Part shown: piece by piece, positions 37,176 to 50,504 of the stretch
Position numbering within the stretch: the first letter of the stretch is position 1
How the letters are laid out: each line of letters opens with the position of its first letter
From: Malacoraja senta
Lineage: Eukaryota
Length of the DNA stretch: 64,000 nt
Assembly: GCA_038087875.1 (NCBI GenBank)
Contig: CM075990.1
Coordinates: 14,820,001 to 14,884,000, forward strand
Direction: 5' to 3'
Notes under the pieces: model-generated
Databases searched by the model: none
What the model was told of the DNA's origin: nothing
What the model saw: only the letters and a program-made list of their open reading frames with translations
Position numbers and translations under genes: made by a program

Positions 37176-37646
37176 AAGGCAGTGCAGCGTAGGTTCATGA
37201 GGTTAATCCCTGGGATGGCGGTATTGTCATATGAGAAAAGATTGGAAAGACTGGGCTTGTATTCACTGGAATTTAGAAGGATGAGGGGGATCTTACAGAA
37301 ACATATTAAATTATAAAAGGACTGGACAAGCTAGATGCAGGAAAACTGTTCCCAATGTTGGGGGCGTCCTGAACCAGGGGAAGCCATTTAAACTGAGATG
37401 AGAAAATATTTTTTCACTCGGAGAGTTGTGAATTTGTGGAATTCTCTGCCACAGAAGGCAGTAGTGGCCAATTCACTGGATGAATTTAAAAGAGAGTTAG
37501 AGAGAGCTCCAGGGGCTAGCAGAATAAAGGGATATGGGGAGAAGGCAGGCACGAGGTACTGATTAGCCATGATCAGCCATGATCGCAATGAATGGCGATG
37601 CAGGTTCGAAGGACCAAATAGCCTCCTCCTGCACCTATATTTCTAT
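37176..37646 (+). mobile_element. 5'-truncated CR1 LINE
   Basis: VQRRFMRLIPGM..LGLYSLEFRRMRG; CR1 3' UTR. Confidence 0.9.
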
Positions 37647-37745
37647 AAACACGCAAATCTTGGTGTAAAACAAAATCTTGCCCCACATATCTTCTTTAAA
37701 CTTTCCCTCTTCATCTCAAAGTAATACCCTCTAGAATTTAGACAG

Positions 37746-37946
37746 TAGACAAAAATGCTGGAGAAACTCAGCGGATGAGGCAGCATCTATGGAGCGAAGG
37801 AAATAGGCGACGTTTCGGGCCGAAACCCTTCTTCAGCGCGAAACGTTGCCTATTTCCTTTGCTCCATAGATGCTGCCTCACCTGCTGAGTTTTTCCAGCA
37901 TTTTTGTCTACCTTCAATTTTCCAGCAACTGCAGTTCCTTCTTAAA
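37746..37946. mobile_element. Palindromic Penelope-derived element (second subfamily)
   Basis: Long inverted arms gtagacaaaaatgctgg../..ccagcatttttgtctac; hammerhead core on the minus strand at ~37809-37837. Confidence 0.9.
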
Positions 37947-37979
37947 CCCTTTAGAATCTGATATTTACACACTAGGTCT

Positions 37980-38755
37980 AGGTTTGTTATTGTCAAGTGC
38001 ATTGAGGTACAGCAAAAATATTTATTTTGTATGCTATCCAATCAGAGCAGATTGGATAAATGCATAAATACATCAAGTCAAAATTGAATACGATAGAAAG
38101 TGCAACATGCTAGGTACAGAGTGCAGAATATAGTTCTCAGCATTGTAGTGCATTCAGGTAGAGGCAAATCAGACCTAGCTTACGGAAGAACCTTTCAGAA
38201 GCCTGATAGCAGCCTGATAGCAACCCTTTCATGCCTTTCAAGTTTCTGTACCTTCTACCTGATGGCAGCAGGAAGAAGAAAGAATGACCGGTGTGGGACA
38301 GATCTTTGATTATGTTAGTTGCTTTTCCCAGGCAGCATGAAGTGTGGATGGAGTCCATGGTGGAAAGTTTATGTGATGAACTGGGCGACATCTACCTCTC
38401 TCTGCAATTTATTGCGGTCTTGGGCAGAGCTGTGATGCAGCCAGACAGCTTGCTTTCTATGATGCATCTGGATAAGTTTGTAAGAGTCGCTGGAGGCGTG
38501 GTGAATTTCCTCAGTTGCCTTAGGACGTAGATGCATTGGTGTACCTTCTTGATGTTGCATCAATGTGGTTAGTCCACGACAGATCATTGGTAACATTAAG
38601 AAACCATGAGCTCTTAACCATTTTCACTTCCACACCATTGATGCTAATTGGGGCATGTATACCATCCTGTTTCCTGAAGTCAATAACTAGCTCCTTCTTG
38701 CTGGGATTGTGGGGGAGGTTACTATCCTGACACCAAGTCACCAGGTGTACCATCT
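37980..38755 (-). mobile_element. Degenerate Rex1/Babar LINE 3' part
   Basis: Reverse ORFs give LVTWCQD.NL..KELVIDFRK, DLSWTNHID and CLGKATNIIKD..SGRRYR. Confidence 0.85.
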
Positions 38756-39654
38756 ATCCTTTGGTATGTTGTGGATTTATGTAATTTATACGACCCAAAA
38801 TAATTTAACAGCGTCACAAATAGGTACTGTAAATATTACACATAAATCAACTAGATATTAGTTCCTTAAAATAGAAGGGCCAGACATGAATCCACTCATC
38901 CCATTTCACGTTTGTAAAAAAACATTTACGTCCTGATATAATAAATCAATAAAAATAATTGACTGAATGAATTATCACATAAGCATAACTGAAGTATACA
39001 ATTATTCTTTTTAACACAAATCAGCCTGATGAGTCTCTATTGATATGTAAAGGGTGCATTGTGCTCATATCATGTGTATTGTGTTCTCTTGTGCAGGGTA
39101 ATGGTTTCTAAAATTAGTTTTGATCCGTTCAATATTTGGACTAAATAAAACGCATGGATGTATACTTGAATATTTGTTTATTTTATATAATTGCTGTGTT
39201 ACTGTTCATCATGAGAAAGCCTGGGATGTGGTTTCTGCGGACTGTTTATATTCCTGAATTATGTCCTTTGCTCATTTGTGCATATTATTTTATAAAGACT
39301 TTTGTTTGTACTTAATTTGAATGTAATTAAGTTTATTTTTAAAGTTTTGATTAATTAATAAAATATTTAATAATCTAATATACGGTTGACGGAGCTAATA
39401 TTTAATCATCTGTTATAAGGCTGAATTGAGCAATAATTATTTCATATTTTGTTATGACAAAAAAGAGGCCACTCATTCCATCAATTCTATTCCAGCTCAG
39501 AGAGGATTCCTATTAATCCCATTCCCCTGTATTCCATTCTCCTGGCCATATTCCTGGTGCAGACCCGAAAGCCCAAATGGTCTAATTCTGCTCCTATATC
39601 TTTAAATTGAAGATAAGCACAACCAAAATAATGGTTGTCTTATGGTCATTGTCT

Positions 39655-40020
39655 AAGATGAATCGCATCCTGGTCACTCCCTCTTCTCCCATCAGGCAAA
39701 AGATATAGTAGTGTGAAAACGCACACCACCAGATTCGGGGACAGTTTTTTCCCAGCTGTTATTAGGCCACTGAACCATCCTACCACAACCAGAGAGCAGT
39801 GCTGAACTTCAATCTACCTCTTCGATAACTCTCTGACTATCCTTGACTGGACTTTGCTGGCCCTACCTGGCACTAAATGTTATTCCCTTATCTTGTATCT
39901 ATACACCGTATATGGATCGATTTTAATCATGTGTTGTCTTTCTGCTGACTGGTTAGCACACAACAAAAGCTTTCACTGTACCTCGGTACAAGTGACAATA
40001 AACTAAACTTAACTGAACTA
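39655..40020 (+). mobile_element. Rex1-like 3' end
   Basis: Homologous to 20430-20772; aaact-repeat tail. Confidence 0.85.
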
Positions 40021-40284
40021 AGTACATTTTAGGGTTAACTAACCAGTCTAATGCATGTGAAAATAGGCGGTTTCCTCTGCAATGTCACCATCAAATTTGT
40101 GAAGAGAGCAGAAGGTTGCATTGGCCATTGTTTGCCACAGTCAAAATTCCGTACAACTCCCAAAACACAAAGAGGAATATTCCCAACTCAAGCCATCACA
40201 CGCGCAAATGAACGTCAATGATGCTTCCTGGTCAATGGATCATCAGCAATTTAAAAAGTAATGAATCAGGATCCTCTATAAAAA

Positions 40285-40492
40285 CACAGACGCAAGAAAC
40301 TGCAGATGCCGAAAGCTTGAGGAAAATACTAAGTGCTGGAGGAACTGTGGAGGGAATGAGCAGGTGATATTTCAGTTTGGGATCCTTCTTCACGTCTGTG
40401 CACCCCCTCCACAGATGTTGCCTGACCCGCTGAGTTTCTCTGGCAATTTGTGTTTTTCTCAAGATTCGAGCATCTGCAGTCCCGTGTGTCTC
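40285..40492. mobile_element. Degenerate palindromic Penelope-derived element
   Basis: aactgcagatgc.. / ..gcatctgcagt arms. Confidence 0.65.
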
Positions 40493-43400
40493 AGTCTCCA
40501 AAATACTATTTTTACTATCATTACTATTTTTTTTTTCCCATGGAGTGAAGCACTTTGTGTTTCAACAACTGTTTTCAACAAACTTCCCATTCCAAATGTT
40601 TATCGTAATAATCAGCCAGAGTTTTGAGTAGAAATGAACGAGAAAAAAATTACTACAGCACAAAACCAAGAACTTCGATACTTTTTAAATAAATGGAGTA
40701 CTTTAAAATGATTGCATTACTTTTTTTCTAACTCTTTCAATATCTTATAATGCATCACATCACATTTCAAAATAACTGGCAGGGGATATTAAAACTCTGT
40801 TGTGAAGCTGCAACTGTTTGGTACAAATCTATTTGAATAGATATAATAAATCCAAAATAAAATTGAAAAGCTGTATATGTGAAATATTTTTTGTAGTTAT
40901 GATATTGCCTCTCTTGGATGTTATATTCCCAGGCTGTGGTTTAATTATGATTGAAGAGCATGTCCCTATTTTTTGTTTGGAGATGTTGAATTGTAGCTTA
41001 CCTATAAGATTGATTTAAGTCAATACTTTTGAAAGATTGTATCAATATTAAATTAAACACTTCTTGTGCAAAGCTCAAATAAAACATGCAGTTGTCAAAT
41101 GGAATTGTTGAAATATTCACCTATTACTGGCCATAAACTAGACTTATTAAATAGCTATGACAGAGGCTTCGGCCTTTAATAGTAAATTTTGTCTATAAAA
41201 CTGTTCCCACTGTTCTCTGGAGAGCTGTGGGTAAGGTCAGGGCAAAGGGTAGTAGATTGACAGGGTTGATGGGATTGGGACCTCACTCATATGGACTTGA
41301 GTGATACTTGTAAATTGCAGAAGGTGAAAGATCACATTATGTACTACATGTAACCCCAGCTTTGCAAGATGCATCCATGGCACATAACTATTCGGCGGGT
41401 TTTCTCAAATTCATATTGAATTCTTGTTGCTCTAAATTCATTCCTAAAATCTGTTTCTGTATGTCAGGTAACATGTCTCACGTTTAATTTACCTTAACGC
41501 TAGGGTATCTGCAGTGTCATTTTGTGTGGGATGATCTTCATTGTAGTTTTGTTTGTTTGTATTTCAACTTTTAAGATATTTAATAAATGCTGTAACTTGA
41601 CTTTGCTGATGATAAGAATCGCAAATAAAAAAAACGTTACTGCTTTTGCCATTGTTCATTTTTAACTTGAGTAACTTCACCACATAATAACTGGACATTG
41701 TTCACTTGTAATTTAAGTAACTTAATCACATAACATTTGAAATATTAAGTTATTAGGTGTCCTTAATCTTCATTATCCACCACTTTATTCGAGGTCTCTC
41801 TGAAACAAGGTTCTATTGTATGGAAAATGATAGACACGAGTTTCAGCCAGAATTCTGTTTTTAATTACTCTGTGAATCATGCGATGAAAATGTTGCTGTT
41901 TTTGTTTTCTCAAAGCTTGGAACTCAGAGACTGAAAATAATAAGTTATTAAAATCAAATTTTGTTTTAAAGCAAGCAGCGCAGGTGTCAAACATATTTCT
42001 TATATCCCAAGCAGTTTGATGGGCAGTATCCGCTGGCTCTGTGCAGATTCCATTGTAATCTGCTCCAAGTATCCATAATGCTTAGCTACAGTGCAAAGAG
42101 GCGGTGTTACTTTGTAGCTGACATATGGATATGTTCTTCCTCTCAGTGACCAGATTTGGTTTCTGCAGTGTGCGTGAGAAGGGAAGATAAATTTTGCACC
42201 AGTAATATTATAGCTACTCATAAATAAATGGTTACCCTTTGGTGCTTACAGTTTTCATTAAAGTGTTCTGAGCTTCGTTATTGACACCGTAGGTTGCCTA
42301 TGCAGGGAAATGCAGTAAAATTTATCAGTCCACTTTCTACACCTAATAAATCATCCAAACAGGGAACCATATGGCAGATAAGACCTTGAAAATGTGGCTT
42401 CAGCATGCGAAGAATCAAGTTGCTGAGAACTTGAATGATTACAGCCTGTGCATATTCCCTTGAATGTCACTCAATTATCTTTCACTTTGTTTTCTTGTTC
42501 TTTTAGCCATTCTTGTCACATTTTTGTGTAATTATTTTACATCCAGCGTAGTGTGGCCAAAATAGAATGTCCTTTATTATTTTAAAGTACCTTGGTGCCT
42601 TGTTGCTCATTGAATGAGGCAGAGAGCGGGAGAAGCTGATAGGAAGGAATGATATATGTGTCGGCTGTGTCCCAGCTCCCCTCTAGCCTATTCTCATTAA
42701 TCATGGCTATTAGCGTTTTTCAGGGTTGCCTTGTCTGCGCAGTGCCATCAAAAGAAAAAGCAAGCCTTTTACATTTTCCAAATGCAAAATAGGCCCTATG
42801 CTTCTTTCCTTGCTTAATGTTTTGCTTACTGACCCCCCCCCCCCCAAACAAAAAGCGTATTTGTTTGTGATTAAGCATCGGCAGTCAGTATATGGTATTA
42901 TAAATGATAATTTTCCAGTTTAGTCTTCTAATTGTGGCTCAAATGTTGTTTCGTTCACTCTGCTGATTCCTCTCACATTTTGCCCCCCCACCTCCTCAAA
43001 ACCTGCCGCTTAGATATTTTTTTTGATTACAAGTCGGCCTACTTGTTTCCAAGTCCAGCCTTTTTGCACGTTTGAAATCCTTTATAGAGGATTGTAGAGT
43101 GATGCATTTTTTTTCATTTGGATTGCAATGTATTTCAAGTTGTCATCTTGGGTCAAATAATGAAGATTAGTCAATGGGGTCTGCAACGGCCAGTGGGTGT
43201 AGCTAATGTTTGGTGGATGCATGACTCTTACACAAAAATGACCAACGATTTGAGTTGCACCTTTAAATTGTAACCAAGTACTTTAAAAAGAGTATCCATG
43301 ATGTGGAAAGTTACATCCAGTATCTTAGCGTTAATTTCAATTAGTGCATGTCCTACTTGCTAATGCACAATGTAATGTGGAGTAAAGTTACTTTAAGAAA

Positions 43401-43703
43401 CACAAATAACAGAAGACTGCATTCGCTGCATTGAAGAGGTGACGTCTTTTTCTGTGCGTGAATGTGAGCGACATATCATGGGCTGTCTCTCCCAAGCCAT
43501 TGCCAACAATTGGTCAATGGGCATGCTGTGTAATTGCAATAGCCACTGTTACTTATCCTAAAATGTTCACCTAATGCCGCTAAATCACATCACGACCTCC
43601 AGTAATACAAAACATTTTAATACCGCCTAAAGTTCTAACAGCTTCAGCACCTCTGTTGCCATTGTGGGTAGCATGTAAATCAGCAGCCCAATGCTTTAGG
43701 TAA

Positions 43704-43940
43704 CTGAATAAGGTCTCGACCAGAAACGTCACCTATTCCTTCAGTCTGAAGAAGGGTCTCGATCCGAAACATCACCTATTCCTTCGCTCCATAGATGCTG
43801 CCTCACCCGCTGAGTTTCTCCAGCATTTTTGTCCAAGCCAAATTGAAATTCATCCATGGTACACAAAAAAATGCTGGCGAAACTCAGCGGGTGCAGCAGC
43901 ATCTATGGAGCGAAGGAGATAGGCAAAGTTTCGGGCCGTG
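43704..43940. mobile_element. Adjacent Penelope-derived fragments (plus-strand piece with tandem hammerhead-like motifs; minus-strand 80-bp piece)
   Basis: 43861-43940 is flanked by a 16-bp TSD gaaattcatccatggt (43845-43860, 43941-43956). Confidence 0.85.
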
Positions 43941-44447
43941 GAAATTCATCCATGGTCTTTTTTTGGAATTTTTAACTAAGTTTGCAATAACATACTATAT
44001 TGTACGTTTCAAAACTATCAGTCAGTGTAATTTATAAACTGTGTGTTATTGACGACTTCTTACACCCATGGATATTCAGCAAAAGTCAGACATAACGTAC
44101 AAAATTCAAAGTAGTTATCATGTTTGCACCTAATTGTATCACCTTGCTAATTTTGGCATGGGATTGACTGGATAAGAGCAAAAAAAAAAGGGAAGTTTGC
44201 AAGTGAATCTCATTGTGTATATTGAGAGGCAATAGGTTATTTTTCTAAACAGTGCAGGAGCAACATTTCCACCCGCAAACCCTGTTGAGTCTCCCAGGAT
44301 GAACTAATGTCCCTCTAGATTTCCCACTAATTGTGCTCATTCGCAAGCATTCTATAAAGAACAAAAAAACATAAGCTGTTTCTTTTGTTTGCGAGAATAC
44401 CTCAATGGATTAAAAATAATTTGAATCGTAAGCAAAAAAAATCACTG

Positions 44448-44681
44448 AGGCCCTGTCCCACTTGGCGACTGCCGGCATCATTGACTGACGTATCAGGTCA
44501 CCGAAAAATCCGTGGCGTGATGCGGCAGTGACGCGGCTTGATGACGTATGATGCGCAGTGATTTTTCAAGTGTCGCAACGTTTTTTTTGTCGCCGCTGGA
44601 TTTTGAAATGTTCAAAATCTTTTGGCGACACTGATATGACGCCGGCAGTCGCCGAAAAAATCGCCAAGTGGGGCAGGCCCT
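44448..44681. mobile_element. PIF/Harbinger-type MITE
   Basis: TIRs aggccctgtcccacttggcga / tcgccaagtggggcaggccct; inner IR ggcgactgccggc/gccggcagtcgcc; TSD unclear. Confidence 0.85.
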
Positions 44682-45284
44682 GTAAGGTATAGATCACTGT
44701 ACCCCTATTATAACCAGGAAATATTTTGGATATTGAAAAAAAAATTTTTTGCAGTTTAAAATTGGATTACTTGTTCATGAGGAATAAAAACTGATTAAAA
44801 CGCATGTTTTTGTACAGCCTATTAAACAAAGGTTGCCATTTCTACTCTGAAGTTAATCAAGGAAAATTTTGTCAGGCATTAAAAACATTATTTAAAATAT
44901 TCCCTACTTTATGGTGGATTGTGCAAATAAGTGATTGAAAAGTTGAGAGTGGAGGAGACACTTTAAAAAACAGCTCTAATTTTAGATGGAAACTGTGTGC
45001 CCAAACTAGAAACTCCATCTCATCTGAACATAGGACACTGTAAAGACATTTGGATTTTTACACAATAGTCAATAAGAAATCACTTGACTTTCTGAATTGG
45101 GAAAGATGGCCCAGGCAATGTCACAAAGGATGAGGATTATAGTTTGATCTGAAATACGTTTGCTTATTCACTGAATTTTGATGAATAATTAGTTTAAGCA
45201 CCTACTGTACCTTTCAAAGGAGGTGTTTGGAAATCACTTTAATTATTCCTAGAGTAACACCAAATGGTCCCCAAATGATTGATA

Positions 45285-45607
45285 GTTTGAAAGATACTGT
45301 ATGGAAACCAGCTCTTTGGCCCACCGAGTTCACGTCTACCATTGATCACCTGATATCACGATGTAATCCCATATATGTTATGTTAGCCCACTTTCGCATG
45401 CACTCCCTACACACTAGGGGCAATTTTTCAGAGGCCAATTAGCAAACCAGCACATCTTTGGAGTGTGGGAGCAAACTGGAGCACCCAGAGTAAACCTTTG
45501 CCATCACAGGGGGAACGTGCAAACTCCACACAGACAGCACCTGAGGTTAGGATTGAACCAGGGTCTCTAGCGCTGCGAGGCAGTAGCACTATCCATTGTG
45601 CCAACCA
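45285..45607 (-). mobile_element. V-SINE
   Basis: tctttggagtgtgggagcaaactggagcaccc..gcaaactccacacagacagcac..ggattgaacc. Confidence 0.85.
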
Positions 45608-47317
45608 TAAAATATCTTTTTTTTTAATGCCGTGATGAGTAAATTCTCTTTTTATTTACTACGTCGTGTTCTTTTTAGACAGCCTCTTCACATCCCCTTT
45701 CGCTAGATTATTTTAATGAACCAACTCGTGTCTTTATAACAGGTGTTCGATAGATTGAGGGGAGAAAATTATGGGCAATGCTACTAAACGGGCAAGATGG
45801 TTGTGGACAAGAAGGTGACTGATTTTCATAATGCAATTTACATCATTTTGCTGTATAAAACTATCGCACTGGATGCTGAACTAATTTGCTGCCGATTAGA
45901 ATTTTTGACCTAACTATGCAATCTATCAGCAGCTATTTTCAACTATCTGTTTTCAAATGTGCCCCTGAGAGGATAAATTTATTTGGAGTTATATATAATA
46001 ATTATTTCAATAATATCATTGAAATAACAATTATTGAATCTTACAAATGTCAGTAATACTGTTTTGTGAATCTAATGAATTGGACTAGCTTTCTGATTTT
46101 CTCATGTACATGACAGTAGATTTGTTTTTAAGTAAAGGGGGTGAGGTGACAGTGTATTGTTGTGCTCTTATTTCCAGTTATAAATGGGCCAGTCAATTAG
46201 TTGTCTCATTGCTTCTACTTGTTTAATTTATTTTGGTTGTGCTTATCTTCAATTTAAAGAAAAAATTATAGCAGATAGACACCTTGCATTTGTTTATTGG
46301 TAGCTTCAGACTACACGGCAAACAAAGGCCATTAAGTACCTATTATTTTTATGCCGAGGGTACATTTTTCATTCCTTTTCTCTGATGAATTTTCAATTCT
46401 ACATCCTAGTGTGTATAATTAATTGCTTTCAGTTCAGAGGAGTAATAATGCAATAAATTACACTGGTATTTCTTGTCAGAAGAGGATCATATTGCTGCTT
46501 CCGTGGTAAAGCAAGGCTAATGATGATCTACTGAGAGCCATGAGGGTAAAAAAAATTACCAGGAATTAACCATTAATTCTACGCTGTTTTTCACTGAAGG
46601 ATGCAATGGGTAGTGTACAACATTGTGCATATTATTTAATTGAAAAGAGAGATTTTCTGTTATTTTCACTTTCAAAGGAATCTCTTAAAGGGTATAGATG
46701 TTGGTAGAAGACATTTTTATATGTGGTAATGACGTTTTTTTTTTAAGGTATCGTATCAGACATTATCCAAAAACTATTTAATCACATTGTAATCTTATTG
46801 TCTTTTCTGCTAAGTTGTTCCTTTCACTTGCTAACTAGTGATCTATTTCAATTTAAATTTTTCCAAACTGCGTTCGTCTTATCGGAATAGAGGTTTGGGT
46901 CCATTCTCATTCAAACCAAAAGCTCAGAAGTTAAAATAGTAAGTGAGAACAGAATTCTGAATGGCATTTATATCTGCTCATGGCCTCTAAATGTTTGATT
47001 TGCATAACTAGTTAAAATGATATCAGAGCAGCATATTGATTTAATTCCATCTCTGAAAACTGTTAATTAATAATGATAATAAATGTGTCAGGTCTTTATT
47101 ATCTGCTTTGAATTGGTGATGATGGCTGTATTAGGTCTTTCTGTAACGGTGCAGCTGGTGCAGGTTCGGCTCTGAGTGAATGGCTGCAAATGAAACGTGG
47201 CTTCCTTGACGTAGTGAGCACTGTGGAGGAGTGGTCAGAAAACAGAGGACAGCTGTGGACCTTGGCTCTCCTGACAATCCACCAGTAAACCACACTAGCC
47301 ATTGCTCAGAAATCTAT

Positions 47318-47736
47318 GTGTAGGAAGGAACTGCAGATGCTGGTTTAAACCGAAGATAGACACAAAATGCTGGAGTTACTCAGTGGGACAGGCAGCATCC
47401 CTTCGTCAGACTAGAGTCAGTGAAAAGATAAATGAGAGATATAGAGGATGATGTAGAAAGATTTAGAACAAATCTATGTTTGAGTCTAATGATTCTGAAG
47501 AAGGCTCTCGACCTGAAACGTCACCCATTCCTTCTCTCCAGAGATGCTGTCTGTCCCGCTGAGTTACTCCAGCATCTGTGTCTATATTCTAGAACAAATG
47601 AATGAAAGATATGCAAAACAGCGATGATAAAGGGAACAGGTCATTGTTAACTGTTTGCTAGGTGAGAACGACAAGCTGATGAGACGGGTGTGGGAGGAAT
47701 GGGTAGAGAGGGAATGCAGAGGCTATTTGAAGTTTG
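47318..47736 (-). mobile_element. Penelope-like 3' segment with a nested plus-strand Penelope fragment
   Basis: TSD agaaatctat (47308-47317, 47737-47746); inner piece bounded by duplicated tagaacaaat. Confidence 0.8.
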
Positions 47737-48282
47737 AGAAATCTATCTCCAACCAAACAGCCAGAAAGTCCATAAACTTACAATGAACAGAGAATATTTA
47801 ATTTTGATACTCCAGTATAATATCAGTTTCAAATTTCATATGGGAAATGTAATGACCAAATTTGCTTATTAAAGTGTCGATAAATTAATTTTAAATGGAG
47901 CATAATGACCTCGCTTCCAGCATAGTATATAACTACATCTTGAAAATGTACAGTAGAATTTCTTTGAGATTGTACATTGTAATTTTATGGGAGAAAATCC
48001 TTATTGGAAACCTTAAGTTCATTAAATATTTTTATGAGTGTATTGGATGTAAAGGTTCTTCAAAATAGAATAACATGGCCATCAAAAATAACTACCATTA
48101 AAGCAGGGTTACAAATCGAATAACATAGCCATCAAAACCAAGTGACTCTGGCTTAATAGTAGTTATGTAAATTACCCGGAAATTTAAAATGCCTCTTGAT
48201 CATTATTTATCGGGGTCAAGACATATAAAATGTTGTAGCAATCGTGTATTGGCTGTATGGTTGGAAGCTACAATCAAAACTT

Positions 48283-48516
48283 GTGTATAGGAAGGAACTG
48301 CAGATGCTGGTTTAAATCTAGGATAGACACAAAATGCTGGAGTGACTCAGCAGGACAGGCAGCATCTCTGGAGAAAAGGAACGGGTGACATTTTGGGTCG
48401 AGACCCTACTTCACGAATCTTTCGGGTCGAGACCCTTCTTCAGACCTGAAACGTCACCTATTCCTTCTCTCCAGAGATGCTGCCTGTCCTGCTGAGTTAC
48501 TCCAGCATTTTGTGTT
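48283..48516. mobile_element. Palindromic Penelope-derived element
   Basis: Inverted arms; duplicated gggtcgagaccct..ttca motif in the centre. Confidence 0.88.
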
Positions 48517-48739
48517 TCTCTTGTTTATTATGTAGTTGTGACACTAGTGGCTGGCCACATAGATCACTGTTTTCCAATGGCTAGTTTGCTGTTGGGATAA
48601 ATGGATATGGGTGTAATTAAGTGACAAAGAAAGAGGAATGAAAAAGGGAAGTAAAGAACTTGGGGAGGAGGAAATAGAGGAGCTGGAAGAATGTAAGGTG
48701 ATGATGTGGATTTGAATTTTTTTTTTAAAGAATGGTGAA

Positions 48740-49070
48740 GGCAGATAGTCAGAACCTTTTTCCCTGGATGTAAAAAACAGATACTAGAAGTCTTAGCTTT
48801 AAGTTGAGAGGGGGTCATTTTAAAACGGGCAATTTTTTTTTTTTACACAGAGTGGTGGGTGCCTGCAATGTGCTGCCAGGGATGGTGGTGGTGGTGGAGG
48901 CAGATATGATAGTGACATTTAAGAGACATTTGGATAGGCACTTGGATCTGCAGGAAGTGGTGTGGATCATGTGCGGGCAGAGAAGAGTTGGGTCTTGGTG
49001 CAAACACGATCATTGAATCAGTGAAGTGTGAGCCGAAGTGTCTGTTCCTGTGGTGTATTGTTCTATGTTT
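48740..49070 (+). mobile_element. Old CR1-like 3' end
   Basis: FF..RVVGACNVLP..FKRHLDRHL; tail tctgttcctgtggtgtattgttctatg. Confidence 0.75.
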
Positions 49071-49984
49071 TGTGTGGCATGATTTGAATGCAGGGAGAAG
49101 TAGATGGAATTTACGGCAGAGAATGAAAGTGAAGTAGGGGGCAAGAGAGTCAGGAGAGTGGTAGTGGGGTTGATATGAGAGTTACTTCTGGGAGGGGAGG
49201 AGGTGGGAGAGAGAGTAAGGCAGGATGAATCTGCTGGTTCTGCTCCACCTACTTCACGTTTATCCTGATATCTGTCTGGAGAGAGTGGGGTAAGAACCTA
49301 CTGAGCTTTGTTGTTGAGAAAGGCATCATGAATTTGATGAGCAGAAATTCTCTTAACTAAATCTCAGGCGGGAGGTGAACCACCTGTGACAAAAAGCCAA
49401 CTGCTGTCAGAGGGAGAAAAAGGGGACGGTATTACTGAAAGTTTGACAGAATTGATAGAGTGGGAATCTTCACACCATTCTCTTGTTTTGTACTCATTGT
49501 GTTTATTATTGCATTTATCATTACTATATGAATGCAAGGAACAAGGAATTTCATTGCACCCTGGTGTGGAAGACAATGAACTAGTCTGAACCTGAAAAGT
49601 GTTGTTTCCCACAATGTTAAAGAACTCAATCTACTCCAGGGCAATATTTAGGCCAAGTATCTGCAGGCAGAGCCAGTTTCTTGCTCTCAGGACATAATAA
49701 GTCTGTTTTTCAGGTGTGGCAGCTCCAGATCAAAAATCAATTATTTTACTTGCTCAATTACTTTTTTTGACACTCTTAATTTAAGTTTCAATCTTGGCAT
49801 TCTCAATAGGGGATGAATCAGGCTAGGTATTCTGCCTTATAGATCACTAAATCAATCTTTGAATTCTCTTTGACCTTCCTGTTCTTGCTGCCATCCCAGG
49901 CTAGATTCTCTCTGAGATAAACCTCGTAGTTTCCCTCTGTGCATCCCTTGGAAATCTGCGAAGAGCCCATCAAAACATTCACTC

Positions 49985-50142
49985 GACATAAAAACCTGGA
50001 GTAACTCAGCGGGTCAGACAGGTCTCGACCCGGAACGTCACCTATTCCTTTCCTCCAGAGATGCTGTCTTACATCCTGAGTCTCTCCAGCTTTTTGTGTC
50101 TATCTTCAGTTTAAACCAGTATCTTCTGTTCCTTCCTACACA
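49985..50142. mobile_element. Penelope-derived element with short inverted arm
   Basis: ctggagtaactcagc.. then ggtctcgacccggaacgtcacc..ccttcctacaca. Confidence 0.8.
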
Positions 50143-50504
50143 AGACATCCACTAGTGACTTCTTCTAAACACCAATCCCATTTGCTCCTTTGCATTCCCT
50201 CAGTGACATTACTGGCACCATCTCCTCTGACCTCAGTGACTCTGAGCCCTACTGTGTGGGCTGCAGCACATGAATTTAGAATGCTACACATGACCTAGTG
50301 GAGCAATTTAACATGCAACCTATTGCATGGCGCAGCAGTTATGCTCTAGGGACCCTGCCTTTGACTGCTGCCTGTGTGGAGTTTGCATGTTATCTCTGTG
50401 ACCACTGGGTTGTTCCTGCTGCCTGCCATATATATGCCTGATACATGCTGGTGCGTTAATCACAGTACTATAAATTACTCCTGCCATAGGTTAATGGTGA
50501 AAAC

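Noticed and set aside
42084..42094. agctacagtgc resembles the complement of part of miR-143 and the miR-221/222 5' end
   Set aside because: The match is at most 11 nt and the rest of the mature sequences is absent.
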